Positions 12,158-25,236 of a DNA stretch of 64,000 nt are shown in pieces (position 1 is the first letter of the stretch; each line of letters starts with the position of its first letter). This stretch comes from the human T2T-CHM13v2.0 reference genome, Homo sapiens: assembly GCF_009914755.1 (NCBI RefSeq), contig NC_060936.1, one strand, 5' to 3'. The notes under the pieces are model-generated. The model had not been told where the DNA came from. It searched no databases and saw only the letters and a list, made by a program, of their open reading frames with translations. The position numbers were made by a program, and so were the translations under genes.

Positions 12158-13891
12158 ACTTATACATACTAGAACCCCTTCTTCCCCAATCCAGAGCATA
12201 GTAAATGCACAGCTTATATTTGGACTTCTTGGGGAGGGCAAGCATGACATTTAACAGCTACCCCAGGATGAGACAACTTCACTTGCTTTACAGTGGACAT
12301 GAACATGAGCTCTCATTGGAGTTTTACCCTTTGGCCAACCAAGAGCTACAGGTATCTAAGGCTTGGTTTTGCAACTTTCTCTTGGGACAAGCATCCTTGG
12401 CATTTTCCTAAGAGATTGGCTGGCTTCCTGGGAAATGACAGCTCTGGACAATTCTTCCCTGAAAATAAGCAGCAGAGTCATAGTTTACCTGCAGCCTTCC
12501 CCAGTTGATGGAGTATCCAGGCAGGCAGTAGAATAGGATGGTTCAGAATATTGGTTATGGGAACAGCCCTGAGTTCAAGTGCAGAGAACAGCTTGTGGGA
12601 CATAAACCCATTAATCCACCTCTATCCATTCTGTGCCCGCCCTGGGACCTCTGCATGTGCAGCCTTTGCTGGTCTCTGCCTCCTTCTCGTTATTCAAATT
12701 TGAACTAAATGTTACCTCCACAGAGACACCTCCCTTTCTGACCTCCTAAAGCAATCATCCTCTATGTAATGACCCTATTTCTTCTTCTAAAGCACTTACC
12801 AGTGACAGAAGTTACCTCATTTGTTTCTGTGTCCTCCCATCCACCAATTAGAACATAACTCCTTGGGGACAGTAGTTCTGTCCTTGTTACCAGTGAAACC
12901 ACAGTGCCTAGAACAGCAGGTAGTACAAAGTAGATGCTCCAGAAATTATTGTGGACTGACTCCTGCAAGTTTCTCATCTGTAAAATGGAGATAAAAGAGT
13001 GACTTATTTGCTTAGAATGGAAGTGAGGTGACCACGTAAAGCTCATAGATCAAGAACATATACCAGGCCAGTGCTCAATATATAGAAGTGGTTATTTATA
13101 GCGTAATAGTGGTATAATTTAATACTGAAAACAAGCTCAAAGAGATATTTGCTTACCTCTATCTTTGACATAAATACTATTACTATTTCTACTACCACAA
13201 CCAATAATAATAATCTAACAAGACAGTCACACGTGCGAAAGCCAAGCCCACTCTTATCTCAAACTGGTATTTTGGTGTCTGCATATGTTTGCTTGGGGAC
13301 AGAAGTTAAAATACACAGAGACGTGAATTCCGCAGTACCAAATAAATAGTTGGTGAATTAACAAATGAATTGTACTTTCCAACTACCTGTCCTTGGGCAG
13401 GCTACTGTGCCTGTGCAAGCCTCAGCTTCCTCATCATGTCATTTGGGGTAATAATAGCTATTCCATGGAGTTGTGGTTGTAGTGAAGATAGACAGAGACA
13501 ATGTGTTTGAAAGCAGTGGTTTGGTATATAGAACTCCTTCAGCAAATATTGTCTTTTCTAATTTTATTCTCTCTCCAGCGCCTGTGGTGGAACCATACTT
13601 GGAAGTATTTGCCTCATTTTATAGACAAGGGAATGATATTCAGAGAGGTTTGAAAGCTTTTCCAAGTTTCTCTCCCTCTTTGTCCCCCTCTTCCTCCCTC
13701 CCTCCTTCCCTCATCCCCTTCTCTTTCATACACACACTCTTCTTAATTAGGGAAATAATGAAAACTCAAAAATTTTTTTTAATCCCAGATCATTCCCAAC
13801 AAGAAAAGGCAACAAGACTCCAACCCAGTTCCAGCCATTAGCTTTGAAATTTTCTAAGTCTATAGCAATGATATTGGTTAACACCAGAGGG

Positions 13892-14194
<303 letters not shown>

Positions 14195-14934
14195 TGAAAG
14201 TCACTTTAAGACCTATAAACAAATCCTGGAAAAATAATTATTATCTGGGAAGGACTGCTGATCATGTTGTCTTAGGTCACTGGTTTTCAGACCATTTCTT
14301 TAGCTTTAGTGCTATTAGGTCACGCAGGTTCTTACTCACATGGAGCCACAAATGATGATAATTATGACGACAATGGTGAAGACGATAGCTAAAATTCTGA
14401 GCAGTCACTATATGCCCGGAACTCTATGTAACATTCAAGACGCATTTTCTCATTTAACTCTCAGAGTAACCCTATAACATAAGTATTATTTCTGTCTGCC
14501 TTTTACCAGTGAGGAAGCTGAGTCTTCAAGAAAGAAAGTCGCTTCTACAAGGTCACGGAATTAGTAACTGGCCAGCCCTAGACATGAAGCCAGGTCTGTT
14601 TAACATCCATCATGACACAGTGACTTCTGATCATGTCCAGTAGAAACCTCTGAAGAATCTTGGGGAACAGATTTGGTCTCTGGTGACCCCAGTTTAAAAA
14701 TCACTAACCTCAGTCCTTTCTAAATCCAAGAATCTATAATGTTAGTTTGTTGGGTATTTGAGTCTCATCATCCCCTCTGGTGTTCATTGTAAAAGCTGAA
14801 AGAGGAAATGAAGAACTAACCAAGAAAGACATAAGAACACAAGCCCTATTGCTATTTCTTCTCCATTGCCCCTTTGGCCACAACTTAGAGGGTAATTAGC
14901 CTCCCACTGCAGGCAGGCTGCATTTTGGAGAAAA

Positions 14935-15126
14935 TTCCTAGGTTCAAATCCTAACTCCACTGTTCTAATTGCTGTGTGACTTTGGGCAAGTACTTTGATG
15001 TCTGTCAGCCTCAGTTTCCTCATCTGAAAAATGGAGATAATGATACCAACCCCACTGAGTCATTATTGGATTAAATGAGATGGTCCATTTAATTGTTAGC
15101 CCACTACCTGGCTTATGGTAAGCACT
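14935..15126. mobile_element. MIR
   Basis: GCTGTGTGACTTTGGGCAAGT...GCCTCAGTTTCCTCATCTG core. Representative of many MIRs in the window that are not listed individually. Confidence 0.85.
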
Positions 15127-15651
15127 CCAAAAAAAAAAAAAAAAAAAAAAACTACATGAGTGAGAGATTACCTCTTTATTCTATGGTTGGCAAGGTAAAA
15201 GACAGATTTTTCTGAACTTTTCTTTAGTATCTAAAATGTGTGACTATATTTGTGCTTTAAAAATTTTCCATAACAGCTAAGTAACTTTTTTTTTCAAATT
15301 AAATCTTAAACAGAGACCATATAAAAGTAAGACAGGGTGGAGAGCCATTCTATTTGAAGTAGCAGCCCTTCTGTCAATAACCCCTTTAACACAATCAGAG
15401 AAGCCTTGGATTCTTGTGACCCAGTTTAAAAACCATTAAGCTACCCAACTGCATGTGTCCTGTGCTCAAGAGCAAAGCCCCTTTCCTCCTCCCCACCTGC
15501 TCCATGAGGAGACTGAATAGAAGGCCCTATGGCTCCAAAATCATGTTGCTGTTGTGGTTATTGTTGTTTCTTTCTTCTGTTTCTAGAAATTTCTAGTAGA
15601 ATTTTATGATAAGGTATAATTTAGGCCAATCTTATTTATTATGCAACCAGT

Positions 15652-16200
15652 CTGAATAAATGAATGGATGCATAGGTAAATAAGTGACAAATTGATGAGT
15701 AAATGGAAGTGTGAATGAATGGATAGGTGGGTGGGTAGGTGGGTGGATGGATGGATAGACGGGAAGGTGGTGGATGGATGGGTGGATGGATGGGTGGATG
15801 GATGGATGGATGAATAGATGGAATGGGTAGATAAATGTGAGGTTGAATACAATGGGGAAGTATGGGATGAATGGATGGATGAATGGGATGACAAACATGG
15901 ATGGGCTGGGATGGGATAGGATGGGTGGTAGCCAGGTGGAGTAATGAATGAATAAGTGCAAAACTGAGATAGAGGTATAAGTGGGTGGGTGACTGTGATG
16001 ATGGGCAAATGGATGGACAGGTGGGTGATTGAGTAAGTAAATGGATGATTGTATGGGTAGATGGATGTACGAATGGATGTATGGATGAAGAATAGATGGA
16101 TGGACAATGGATAAATGGACAGATAGATGATGGATGGGTGGGCAATGCATAGATGGATGGGTGTATAGATGGATGAACAAATGGCTCAGCAGAGGGATGA
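15652..16200. repeat. Degenerate (GGAT/TGGA)n simple repeat
   Basis: Read directly; it is the source of the spurious His/Pro/Ser/Ile-rich ORFs. Confidence 0.95.
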
Positions 16201-16346
16201 GTACTAACAGTTTAACCTGTCCACGCGAGCACTGATAGTGCACTCTGTTACAGTAGAAATAAAAGTCTGACTGAGAGGGAGTGAGTGACAGGAGAGAGAC
16301 TAAGTAGTGGCCACGGGGCTCAGTGATAGGTGCCACCTTTAGTGCT

Positions 16347-16384
16347 CAGTGACCTAAGACAACATGATCAGCAGTCCTTCCCAG
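16347..16384 (-). repeat. Perfect 38-bp inverted copy of 14245-14282
   Basis: CAGTGACCTAAGACAACATGATCAGCAGTCCTTCCCAG is the exact reverse complement of 14245-14282. Confidence 0.95.
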
Positions 16385-17066
16385 GTGCTGGGAAGCACCT
16401 TTTCCAGGATCATGATGTCATCTAATCCTTACCACTGCACCAGAGGGAAAGAAATCCTATTCCATTTTGCAGAAGAGGAGATTGGGGTTTAGAGAATTTC
16501 AATCAACTTGCCCAAGGCTGTGCAGCGATTAAGTGGCAAACCCAGGTCCCTGTTACACCACCATCATACTTTCTGCATAGAGATTCTCCACCTGTAGATA
16601 ATTTTCCAGAAATGTAAAAGAAAGTTATTAAAAGCAACATAGCTAAAGGAAAAAAAGGAACAGCAGAGAGGAAAAGGAAAAGGCTTAAGGGTATGAAAAG
16701 ACTAACATTTATTGGGCACCCATGTATACCAGACTCTGTGCTTTATATATGCTTTCTGGCTAACTTTGACAGCCCATTAGGTTGAGATTCTTAACTTCAT
16801 TTTGTAGTCAGTAAATTGAGGCTCAGTGTGGTTAAAGAACGCTGCTGCTAGAGTCCTATTCTAATTTGTCAGGGATTTGAACCCTCTTCAGGTTGGGAAT
16901 GAAACTTGACGAAGCTGCCTTGAAGATCCGTCCTTTTGCTATCAATTTCACGAGATGGAATTTCTAAAAATAAAGGAAGAAGAGGAGAAGAGAGAGGAAA
17001 GGAAAGAATATATACAAATATCCAAATATGGAAGATAAGGAAAAGAAACATGACCAAAAGGAGGAA

Positions 17067-17230
17067 AAGAGAGGAAACCAATTTTATACAAAGAGAAGTA
17101 AAGGGAAGATGAAGAAGAAAAGAAAAGGCGAAAGAAGACAAAGGACCCAAGAGAGGAAACCAATTTTATACAAAGAGAAATAAAGGGAAGATGAAGAAGA
17201 AAAGAAAAGGCGAAAGAAGACAAAGGACCC
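17067..17230. repeat. Tandem duplication, 2 x 82 bp
   Basis: 17067-17148 and 17149-17230 differ by one substitution. Confidence 0.97.
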
Positions 17231-17234
17231 TTTT

Positions 17235-17700
17235 CTTGATCCGCTCTTGTCCAGAGAAACCGCAGCACAAATTGCAATGGACGGTTCCCCCTCTCGCAAA
17301 GTGCCTTTTAGCTTGCGCGCCTGCCTCTGAGGGCCGGGGCGAGAGAGACGGCTGGCGTCGGCTGCAACGGCTGCAACGAGTCTGAAGGCGCTGGCAAGAA
17401 AATCCCAAGGAAAGCTCAGTGTCTGGGGTCATCCGATTAAAGGAGGCAATGAGGCTGCAAATGGAGGAGACAGGGGGAAGGGGAGAGAGGAGGGGGATGG
17501 CGAGGGGGGCCGCCGACCCCCATGACCTTCTGCCTGCACTAACCTGATATAACAAATAGTCCTGGAAAACAAAATAGTATTAACCCTTGGAGCCAGGTCA
17601 ACCCCTTCTGCATTTGGCTGGGCCTGTTGGACTCTGCTTCCTAGAAGGTTTAACTCTTTCGTGGTGTCCTTTCATCGCCACGTTATTGCCCCACTCTCAA
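17235..17700. promoter_or_regulatory. CpG-rich repeat-free segment; candidate regulatory element
   Basis: Local CpG cluster (17240-17520) with no recognisable repeat. Confidence 0.5.
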
Positions 17701-17935
17701 ATTCATCCAGATTCACCCGATTAGATGCCCATGGGAGGTGCGGAGGTCCCCGTGTAGTCAATGCAGACACAGAGGAAGTGTCTCCCGCTCATCAAAAACT
17801 GGGCAAGAGCTTCTGGAGAGAAAAATGATCTCTAAATTTTTCATCAAGTCTGAGATTGTATATTGACTCGATTCTATTAAAACAGCCATCTTTCTTCCTA
17901 TTCTCCCTCCCTAGTCTGAAAGTTAGATTAATATA

Positions 17936-18100
17936 AAGCCTTGCTAAGTGTGGTTCATGGACAGGTAATATCAGCGTTACCTGGGAGCTTGCCAGAAATG
18001 TAGGATCTCAGGACCCCACCCGAGACCCGCTGAACCAGAATCTATATTTTAATAACACCCCTAGATAAATGGTATGCAAATTTCAGTTTCAGAAGCACCC
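17936..18100. mobile_element. MER5-family MITE
   Basis: ATCAGCGTTACCTGGGAGCTTGCCAGAAATG...AGAATCTATATTTTAATAA. Confidence 0.75.
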
Positions 18101-18137
18101 ATAAACCCATTATCCAGCTTAAGAAATAGCTTTCCTT

Positions 18138-18480
18138 GGCTGGGCGCCATGGCTCACGCCTACAAGCGTGTATTACATACAACACTTTGGGAGGCCAAGG
18201 CAGGCGGATCACCTGAGGTCAGGAGTTCAAGATCAACCTGGGCTACGTGGAGAAACCCTATCTCTACTAAAAATACAAAAATTAGCCAGGTGTGGTGGCA
18301 CACGCTTGTAATCCCAGCTACTCAGGAGGCTAAGGCAGGAGAATCATTTGAACCTGGGAGCCAGAGGCTGCAGTAAGCCGAGATCGTACCACTGAACTCC
18401 AGCCTGGATGACAGAGTGAATGAGACTCTGTCTCAAAAAAAAAAAAAAAAAAAAAAAAGAGAAGGAAAAAAAAGAAAAGA
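18138..18480 (+). mobile_element. Alu (AluS) with a rearranged 5' segment
   Basis: Dimeric Alu with a long A-rich tail and AGAAATAG(C/G)TTTCCT TSD. Confidence 0.96.
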
Positions 18481-18521
18481 TAAAGAATAGAAGAATAGCT
18501 AGAAATAGGTTTCCTCTTTAG

Positions 18522-18890
<369 letters not shown>

Positions 18891-19794
18891 TAACTTGACC
18901 AAATTGTTAGGAGTTTTGATGTTTAGGAGAGGGTCAAAGAAGTAATCATGTTAATTGATCAAGTACTATAACTAGAGTGAGTATTAAACTTGGTGGTTTC
19001 TGTAGAGTAGACAGCGGTTGTTTTTGTCATTCCAGCCTCACTTCCCCTGTTATTCTGGTAAAAGTGCCCCCCCTTCTTTGAGGCTACTCCTGCTCACTCA
19101 CTCCAAGTGGTTCTGATGGGACCATCACCCTGACCTCTGATTGGATGACTCAAGCCAGACAATTAGAATCCTTCCCTAGGATTTTGTATGCTGTGTGGCC
19201 AAGTAGGCTGGAATATGTGGAGCCTGGGATTCCTGTAGCCAGTCACTTCTCCACCTGGCTGCATGGTCCACAAATGGATAGAAGGCCCATCTTCTGGTAG
19301 AGAGAAAAGGAAAAACACAGAAGAAAGCCAAACCCAGGAATAAGGAGATAGGGAGAACATGGGCCACCCTTTGGGTCCCTACAGCTTCTGAGGTAAGCCC
19401 CACTCTGGACTCCTGAATATGTGTGTTCAATAAATCCCCTTTAGGGCCCAGGGTAACCTGAGGAGGCTTTTGTTTTTTGCATCTGAAATAGTCCAGACTC
19501 TGAGCCATCAGCTTACTCTGTGACCTTGAATTTCTTGGACTCAGCCACCTCATTCAAGCTGCTTGCAGCCCTGCCATGATTTTCTGTTCTTCTGAACTAT
19601 TAACCGCTATGGTGAAGCTGCCTTGGCACAGAGACCATCCTCCAAATTCCAGGGCCTTGGAGGTCTCTGCTGCAACACCTCCTTCCTGGGGAGATTCTCC
19701 CTGACTCCCAACTTCCAGATTGCCTGACAGTCACTCCCATAACACTGCCATTTGCAGTACTCGTGATGATGAAAACCTCTCCCTGCAAAACTAC

Positions 19795-19976
19795 AAGCTG
19801 CCTTGAAGATCCGTCCTTTGGCTATCAATTTCACGAGATGGGATTTCTAAAAATAAAGGAAGAAGAGGAGAAGAAAGAGAGAGGGAAGGAAAGAATATAT
19901 ACAAATATCCAACTAAGGAAGATAAGGAAAAGAATCAGAAATTGAACACACACGCACCTCAAACACAACAGTGGCA
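19795..19976 (+). repeat. Composite direct copy of 16912-17047 plus 18533-18577
   Basis: Base-by-base comparison; the two parts share GAA at 19932-19934. Confidence 0.95.
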
Positions 19977-21132
19977 CTGGTTGTGTCTATCTTGGTTGCC
20001 ATTAAATGCCCAGGGTCCTGCCCAGAGGAGGCACTTCATAACTCCTTCTTGAGCCAATAAATTCTAAATATGTAGAGTTGTCTACATTAGCAATGGATGG
20101 AGAAGCCAGAGAGAAGTGGATGGGGGGAGAGAATACGTCTCCTAAACTTTCTCTTCTGGGCAGTGCGTGATAAGCAAAATCTTTAACAACCAGTATGGCA
20201 TGGGAACTAATGAACTGAAATGGAATCTAGCCATATACAACCCACATGAACAAAATGTTTCTAGAGATTATGTCCCTCTGTCTGGATTCCAACATGAAGG
20301 GCTCAGAGTACTAGGAGTGATTTCAGACCCTGAGGGGTACACAGACTATGGGTTGCATCCCCCTTCTGCCAATATCCACTCTATTTTCCCTCTCCAAGCA
20401 AAATCTTCACTTCAGCACCTCATGTTCAGAAATGCCATGTGCAAAAATCAGTCTGCTATTGGATTCTGGAGCTGGAAAGGTTCCTTGTTGAGTCCAAACC
20501 CTTTATTTCACAATATGCTTAATAGGTTCAGAAGATGATATAACTTGCCAAAGCCAAGTAATAGCAAAATGAGAACCAGAACCCACCCCTTCTAATTTTT
20601 TCTACTATACTACCCTAGGAGGATGGACAAAGGATGTTAACTCCATTTGAAATGAGTCCAGAGAGCCAACAGGGCTTGCTTGATGACTCGCAGTGGTTAG
20701 GGCAGAGTGAGAGCAGGGATCCAGGTTTCCTGACTCCACAGGCCATCTGTAAGCACTTCTCTTATACTTTCTTCTCTTTTTTATCAGTCTTTGTCTTTTT
20801 CCCTCAATCTTCCCTCCCTGATCATTTCCTGCTTCTCTCTTTATCTTTCTTCTTCAGACACTGCTTAAACTCTGAGAGTCAAATACCAGAGACTCTGCCT
20901 GCCTCTGGCAACATGGACAACTAATGCTGGTAATGATGAAGATAACAATGATGCCAGGGGTGGTTATTTACTGAGCTCTTGCTCAGCACCAGGCACTATG
21001 CTGAGGGCCTCCATCGATTATCTCATTTAACCTACAAAGCAACCTTATGGAATAATATTATGTGCTCATGCACAAACAGCTATTTATTAGATGTCCACCA
21101 TGCCAAACATTGGGCTAGGAGCCGATAACAGG

Positions 21133-22130
21133 TTAGTGAGTTAGTTCTCTATTGTTGCAAAGCAGATATTCCCAAGACTTAGTGGCTTAAAATAATAGCC
21201 ATTTATTTTCTCACATTATCTCTGTGGACTAGGAACTCAGGAGTTGCTTAGCTGAGCAATTCTGGCTCAGGATCTTTCAGGAGGTGGCAGTCAAAATATC
21301 AGCCAGGGTTGCGGTCCTCTGAAGGTTGGATCTGGGGGATTGGCTTCCACCATGGGACACTCTCATGGTGGACAAGGTGATGCTAGCTGATGGCGGGAGG
21401 CCTCAGTTCCTCATAAGTGGACTTCTCACTAGGGTTGCTTGAGCGTCCTCAAAATATGGCATCTGGCTTACCTCAGAGAAAATCTCTTAGTCCATTTTGT
21501 GTTGCTATAAAGGAATAACCGAGGCTGGGTAATTTATAAACAAAAGATGATTTTTTGGCACACAGCTTTGAAGGCTGCACAAGAAGCATGGTGCAGTATC
21601 CACTCAGCTGCTGGTGAGGGCTTTGATGTTACATCAAAACATGGCAGAGAAGGTCAAAGGGAAAGTGGGAACGTGCAAAGAGAACCCAAACCCAAGGGGC
21701 ATCCTGGCTTTAAAAATACCCACTCTCTTATAAATGAATCCATTCCCAAGAGAACTAATCCAGTCTCACCAGAGCATAAACTCAGTCACCACTGCAAGAA
21801 CAGTATAAAGCCATTCACGAGGAATCCCTCCTCGTGATCCAAATATCTCCCCCTAAGCCCCACCTCCAACACCGCTACAATGGGGACCAAATTTCAACAT
21901 GAGATGTGGTGGGGATGAACTAGATCCAAACCATAGTAGCATGTGACCCAAGGGAGGGCAGGTTGAAGCCACAGTGTCTTTTGTGACTCAGGATCAGCAG
22001 GTACCAAGATAATTTCCACAATATCCTATTGGTGACCCAGATCAGCCCTACTCTGTGTGGGAAGGGACTTCATGAGGACATGGATACCAGAAGATGGTAT
22101 TATTGAGGGACATCTTTGAGGGTGGCCACC
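21133..22130 (-). mobile_element. Old MLT1-family LTR with a nested MST-type LTR (about 21483-21940)
   Basis: Reverse MLT1 motifs flank TTAGTCCATTTTGTGTTGCTATAAAGGAATA...AAATTTCAACATGAGAT. Confidence 0.78.
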
Positions 22131-22142
22131 AGAGTCAGTGAA

Positions 22143-22411
22143 TGGCCAGGTGCAGTGTCTGAAACCTATAATCCCAGCACTTTGGGAGGCTGAGGCAGGA
22201 GGATTGCTTGAGGCTAAGAGTTTGAAATGAGCCTGGGCAACAGAGTGAGACCTGATATCTACCAAAAAATAGAAAAACTAGCAGGAAATGGTGGCTTGCA
22301 CCCGTAGTCTCAGCTGCTCCAGGAGGCTGAGGTGGGAAGATTGCTTAAGCTTGAGAGTTCAAGACCTGTCTGGGTAACATAGTGAGACCCTGTCTCTACA
22401 AAGAATAAAAA
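22143..22411 (+). mobile_element. AluJ-derived dimer with a left-arm-like second half
   Basis: Two Alu arms; the second lacks the right-arm GCTGCAGTGAGC...CACTGCACTCC segment. Confidence 0.85.
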
Positions 22412-24747
22412 TTTTAAAAGACACACAAATGATGTTCATGGTGCTCACTATCTATTGGACCATCGTGACATTTTAACATTAAGGAAATGAAAGGCCACAG
22501 ATAATGAACAATTGACAATTGATTCAAGGTCCATATGTAAGAGTGTAAGAGTGGAGAAGTGAAGCTGCCCCCACCTGATACCCTAACAAGCATTCCCCAT
22601 CTTCCCCACCACTGGGCAGCCAGGCTTCTGGAGCGAAGCGAGCCACTGCGATTGCAGCTTGGCAGGATCCAGCACCCAAGACTTGGCCAACCTCCAGCAA
22701 GCTCACCCCTCCTGCCCTCTCCTTGGATCATTTATTCCAGGAGCCCTGCTATAAATATCCACTTAGTGAAATGCCTTGCTCCTCGGGCACCCTCTTCCCT
22801 GCTCCCTGGCCACCTGCACCCTGCTCAAGCAATGCCAACTTGCAATCAGTCTGCAATCTGAGTCTGCTTTGCACACCCAGCACCAACTGGCTGCCCAGGC
22901 TAGTCTGCGGGAGCATGCTGGCATGCCCCCAAGGTTGCTATTGTAAGTTAATGGCACAGCAATTGGTTGTTAAAAACACTAATTGACATTAAATAGGTGA
23001 TGTTATCCAATAACTTACAGGCTGCTCCAATTCTATATTTTCTTCTTTTCTTTCTCCATTCCTTCTAATGCCCTGCAGTACCCACAGAGGTCAGGAGTCA
23101 CCTGGACATAGGCAAGAGCTTAGGGCCAGAGGACAAGTACACTCCAATTGTCACTGCCTCCCATCCACAGCACAGATAAGCCCAAGACTGATGGCCTGGA
23201 AAGAAAAGCAGGGCTGGGGCTTGACTCAGCTTTCTCCTTCTGGGCTTCCTTAAGTGTCTCTAACCTGAGGATCCAGGTGGTTCTGGGAGAGTCAAAGATG
23301 GAAAGGTTGGGAGTTCTGTCTTCTATGTGCAAGTTAGGATTCAAGCTGTGTTTGCTCTCTGTGCAATGCATCACTGAAAAGAAACCATTGTATTTCTTTA
23401 GCACTGGGTGCTACCTAAAGTCATTTTTTACTTTTCATGCTTTCTCTGCTTAATGGCTAATAATAAGTAATTGCTTATAATTATTGAATATAATTGATGG
23501 AAGTCAGATACTGAGCTAAGCCCTTGTATTCATTATTTATTCCAGGGGATCTTTCTACCTGTTGCAACCACAAACCTCAGGCTCAGAGAGGGGATGTTAC
23601 TTGCCCAAGGATACACAGCCAGGAAGCCCAGAGCAGAGGTTTGCATGCAGGCAGCCAGCTTCCCAGTCCAAGACCTTCTCCCCTGAACCACACTGAGAGG
23701 TGGTGGCAACCCAAGGACATCCCTGTGGTGGGAATGGTGGAAGACCACCGTGTTCATTTTCGTTCATGTCCTTCCAGGACTGAATGAAGGAAAACCTTAT
23801 ACCCTCTTACTATGGAACTCAAGTCTTGCTCCTCAAGGAAGACAAGTACTTTTCTCTCCAGATCCATCTTTTTCTTTGCTCCAGGTTCAGGGACTTGGAG
23901 GTTTGGCATTCACCGCACCACAATGCAAAGCCAGGGTGGCTTCTGGAGAAGTCAGATGTTAAGGGACTTTAAGACAAACCCCAATGGAGTTTGAGAAGGA
24001 AGACCCAAATGTGTAGTTTTCTTGGTTCAGTCTACAGCTTCCACAACCCATCTGCTGGTTCCAGGTTTGAGAAAAACTCTCAAGAGTCAGAGTCAGGGTC
24101 AGCATCAAGGGAAAGAGACCTTGTAAAGGTACCAACAGCACCTTGTCCCAGACATCATGCACTTACTCTATGCATAATGTCAGGAACTCTACATGGTTTA
24201 CTTCTGGCTCTCTCAGCAATCCTGCAAGGGAGGCCGTATCATACCTATTTTATACATGAGAAAGCTGAGCCTCAGAAACGACTAGTTCCATGGCTTCATG
24301 ATGGGTACCACCAAGGGTTTGGTGAGGGAATTGGGGGATGGGGGCAGTGCCAGGCCAACAGGTCCCCCATCCACTCTTCAGTCTGAGCAATGCCCATAAA
24401 CTCGACTGACCTTTTTGGACAAAAGCTTGCATGGTAAAAATTTAAAGATTAGAAAGCTCACTCTGATTAAAACCATAAGTCTGTAACTCCATCCCAGGGC
24501 AGGGAATGGCTACCTTGTTCGGGTTAGATTACCAATGCCCACCAAATAACAAATACTCATCGAACATTAAGTCACCTAGAAATGCCAGATCTTTCATTTA
24601 TATTATTTCATCTGCCAGTGACCCAAGAAGCCATCTCTTATAGCCCCCAGTTTGCAGAGGCTGAACCTCAGAGAGATGAAGTTCTTACTAAAGGTCATAG
24701 AGTTATTAGCAAGTAACAGAGTCAGAGAAAGTCTATTCAAGGCCATG

Positions 24748-25236
24748 AGTGATAGGCCAAATCATGGCCCTCCAAAAATGTCTGCATCCTCATCCAGGCA
24801 ACATGTGCATACACTAGGTCATATGGCGAAAGAGATTTTGCAGATGTGATTAAGTCAAGGATCTTAAAATGGGGCAATTACTCTGGATTATCCCCATGAA
24901 ATTGCAAGGGTCCATCAAAAAGTCAGAGAAGGAGGTGTGACCATAAAACCAGAGAGAGAGGTGAGGATGCTGCACTGCTGGCCTTGAAGGTGGAGGACGG
25001 GGCCACAAGCAGAGGCATGCAGGCTGCCTCTAGAAACTGGAAAAGGCAAGGAATGGATTCTCCTCTAGAGCTTCCAGAAGGAAAGCGGCCCTGCTGACAC
25101 CTTGGTTTTAACCCAGTGACACCCATTTTAGACTTCTGTCCTCTAGAACCACAAGATAATCATTGCATGTTGCTTTGAGCCACTAAATTTGTAGAAAATT
25201 GTTATTAATAACAGCAGCCACAGGAAATTAACGCAC
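24748..25236 (+). mobile_element. MLT1D-like solo LTR
   Basis: TTTGCAGATGTGATTAAG...AAAAGGCAAGGAATGGATTCTCCTCTAGAGCTTCCAGAAGG. Confidence 0.87.

Noticed and set aside
14683-15443. Shared GTGACCC(C)AGTTTAAAAA at about 14683 and 15416
   Set aside because: These look like the termini of two related old hAT MITEs, not a templated copy.
15604-16336. Longest ORFs in the track (167-234 aa, minus strand, all three frames)
   Set aside because: They are translations of the (ATCC)n repeat: low complexity and open in all frames because the repeat lacks stops.
14245-16384. 38-bp inverted repeats read as the terminal inverted repeats of a 2.1-kb DNA transposon
   Set aside because: There is no TSD and no transposase remnant, the interior is ordinary MIR/simple repeat, and the right copy interrupts a MIR.
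17067-17230. Direct repeats read as a CRISPR-like array (also 6091-6150 and 60129-60249)
   Set aside because: Only two units each, no regular unique spacers, eukaryotic context and no cas genes.
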